Assembly (NCBI RefSeq): GCF_964204645.1
Contig: NW_027437474.1
Span: 1,001 to 65,000, forward strand
DNA: 64,000 nucleotides
Reading direction: 5' to 3'
Source: Tubulanus polymorphus
Lineage: Eukaryota > Animalia > Nemertea
Position 1 is the first letter of the stretch, and each line of letters starts with the position of its first letter. A program made the translations under genes and the position numbers. The notes beneath the pieces were generated by a model, which was not told the origin of the DNA, searched no databases, and worked only from the letters and a program-made list of their open reading frames with translations. Of this stretch, positions 63,526 to 64,000 are shown piece by piece.

Positions 63526-64000
63526 CGCGCATTTCATCTGTGCAATGATGATAAAAATTCAAAGTAAAGATCCTGTTTTCCAATTGACAGAATGTATGAA
63601 ATAATCCCAGAGCGCTCATTAATTGAAAAATTTTAGTCGATAAGAAATATGAATAATTTACTATTAATGAAAATATAAATGTATGAGATGAGTGTTATTG
63701 GTGGGCTTTCACTTGGTTGTTAAAACTTGGATGTTAAAAGAATTAGATCAATAAATATATGTTGTGTAAATGTTATATTTTCTGTTTCCGTAGTCGGCTT
63801 ACTTGTCAATGATTTGAGTTTAAAACAAGAGAAGAAACGACAACAGCGAAATTGACCGCGAATTGTTTATCACTCCTTAGACTCCTTAGTATTTTTTGTC
63901 GCATCCGATCTAATTTCAGAGTTTATCTTACTCTCCGATATGTAGTGATTTTGTGATGCAAGTACTTTCTATCAATATCATGATCGGCGAGAATAATTGA

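Noticed and set aside
63000-63604. ORFs 63000-63236, 63292-63567, 63359-63604
   Set aside because: Translations of 28S rRNA sequence.

Overview
Repeat-rich, intron-containing animal DNA, most likely a lophotrochozoan or other marine invertebrate (inferred from gene types, not proven). The centrepiece is a degenerating ~20-kb Polinton/adintovirus-like endogenous virus (about 25485-45607, mostly minus strand). It encodes a protein-primed PolB, a retroviral-type integrase with chromodomain, an A32/FtsK-like packaging ATPase, a probable double-jelly-roll capsid protein and several membrane proteins. Three features are unusual. (i) A complete 352-aa intein with a LAGLIDADG homing endonuclease sits in the PolB catalytic motif (YFD^TNS). 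(ii) A frameshifted ORF resembles the poxvirus late transcription factor A2/VLTF3. (iii) All 8 intact ATG starts lie in the poxvirus late-promoter word TAAATG. A second, related remnant (about 54780-58899) carries a large-DNA-virus-type HNH nuclease and a terminal palindrome containing a pox-like early-promoter word. Together these suggest, by inference, a virophage-like virus that depends on a pox-like cytoplasmic helper. Host content: an intact GT32/DXD glycosyltransferase and an interrupted pseudogene paralog, receptor tyrosine phosphatase fragments in an inverted duplication, a single-exon class A GPCR, and an orphan 28S rRNA fragment. Other mobile or repetitive DNA: MULE and Harbinger transposons, several MITEs, SINE heads, a hammerhead-like palindrome and a 31-bp satellite. 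All family assignments are by motif recognition; no searches were run.
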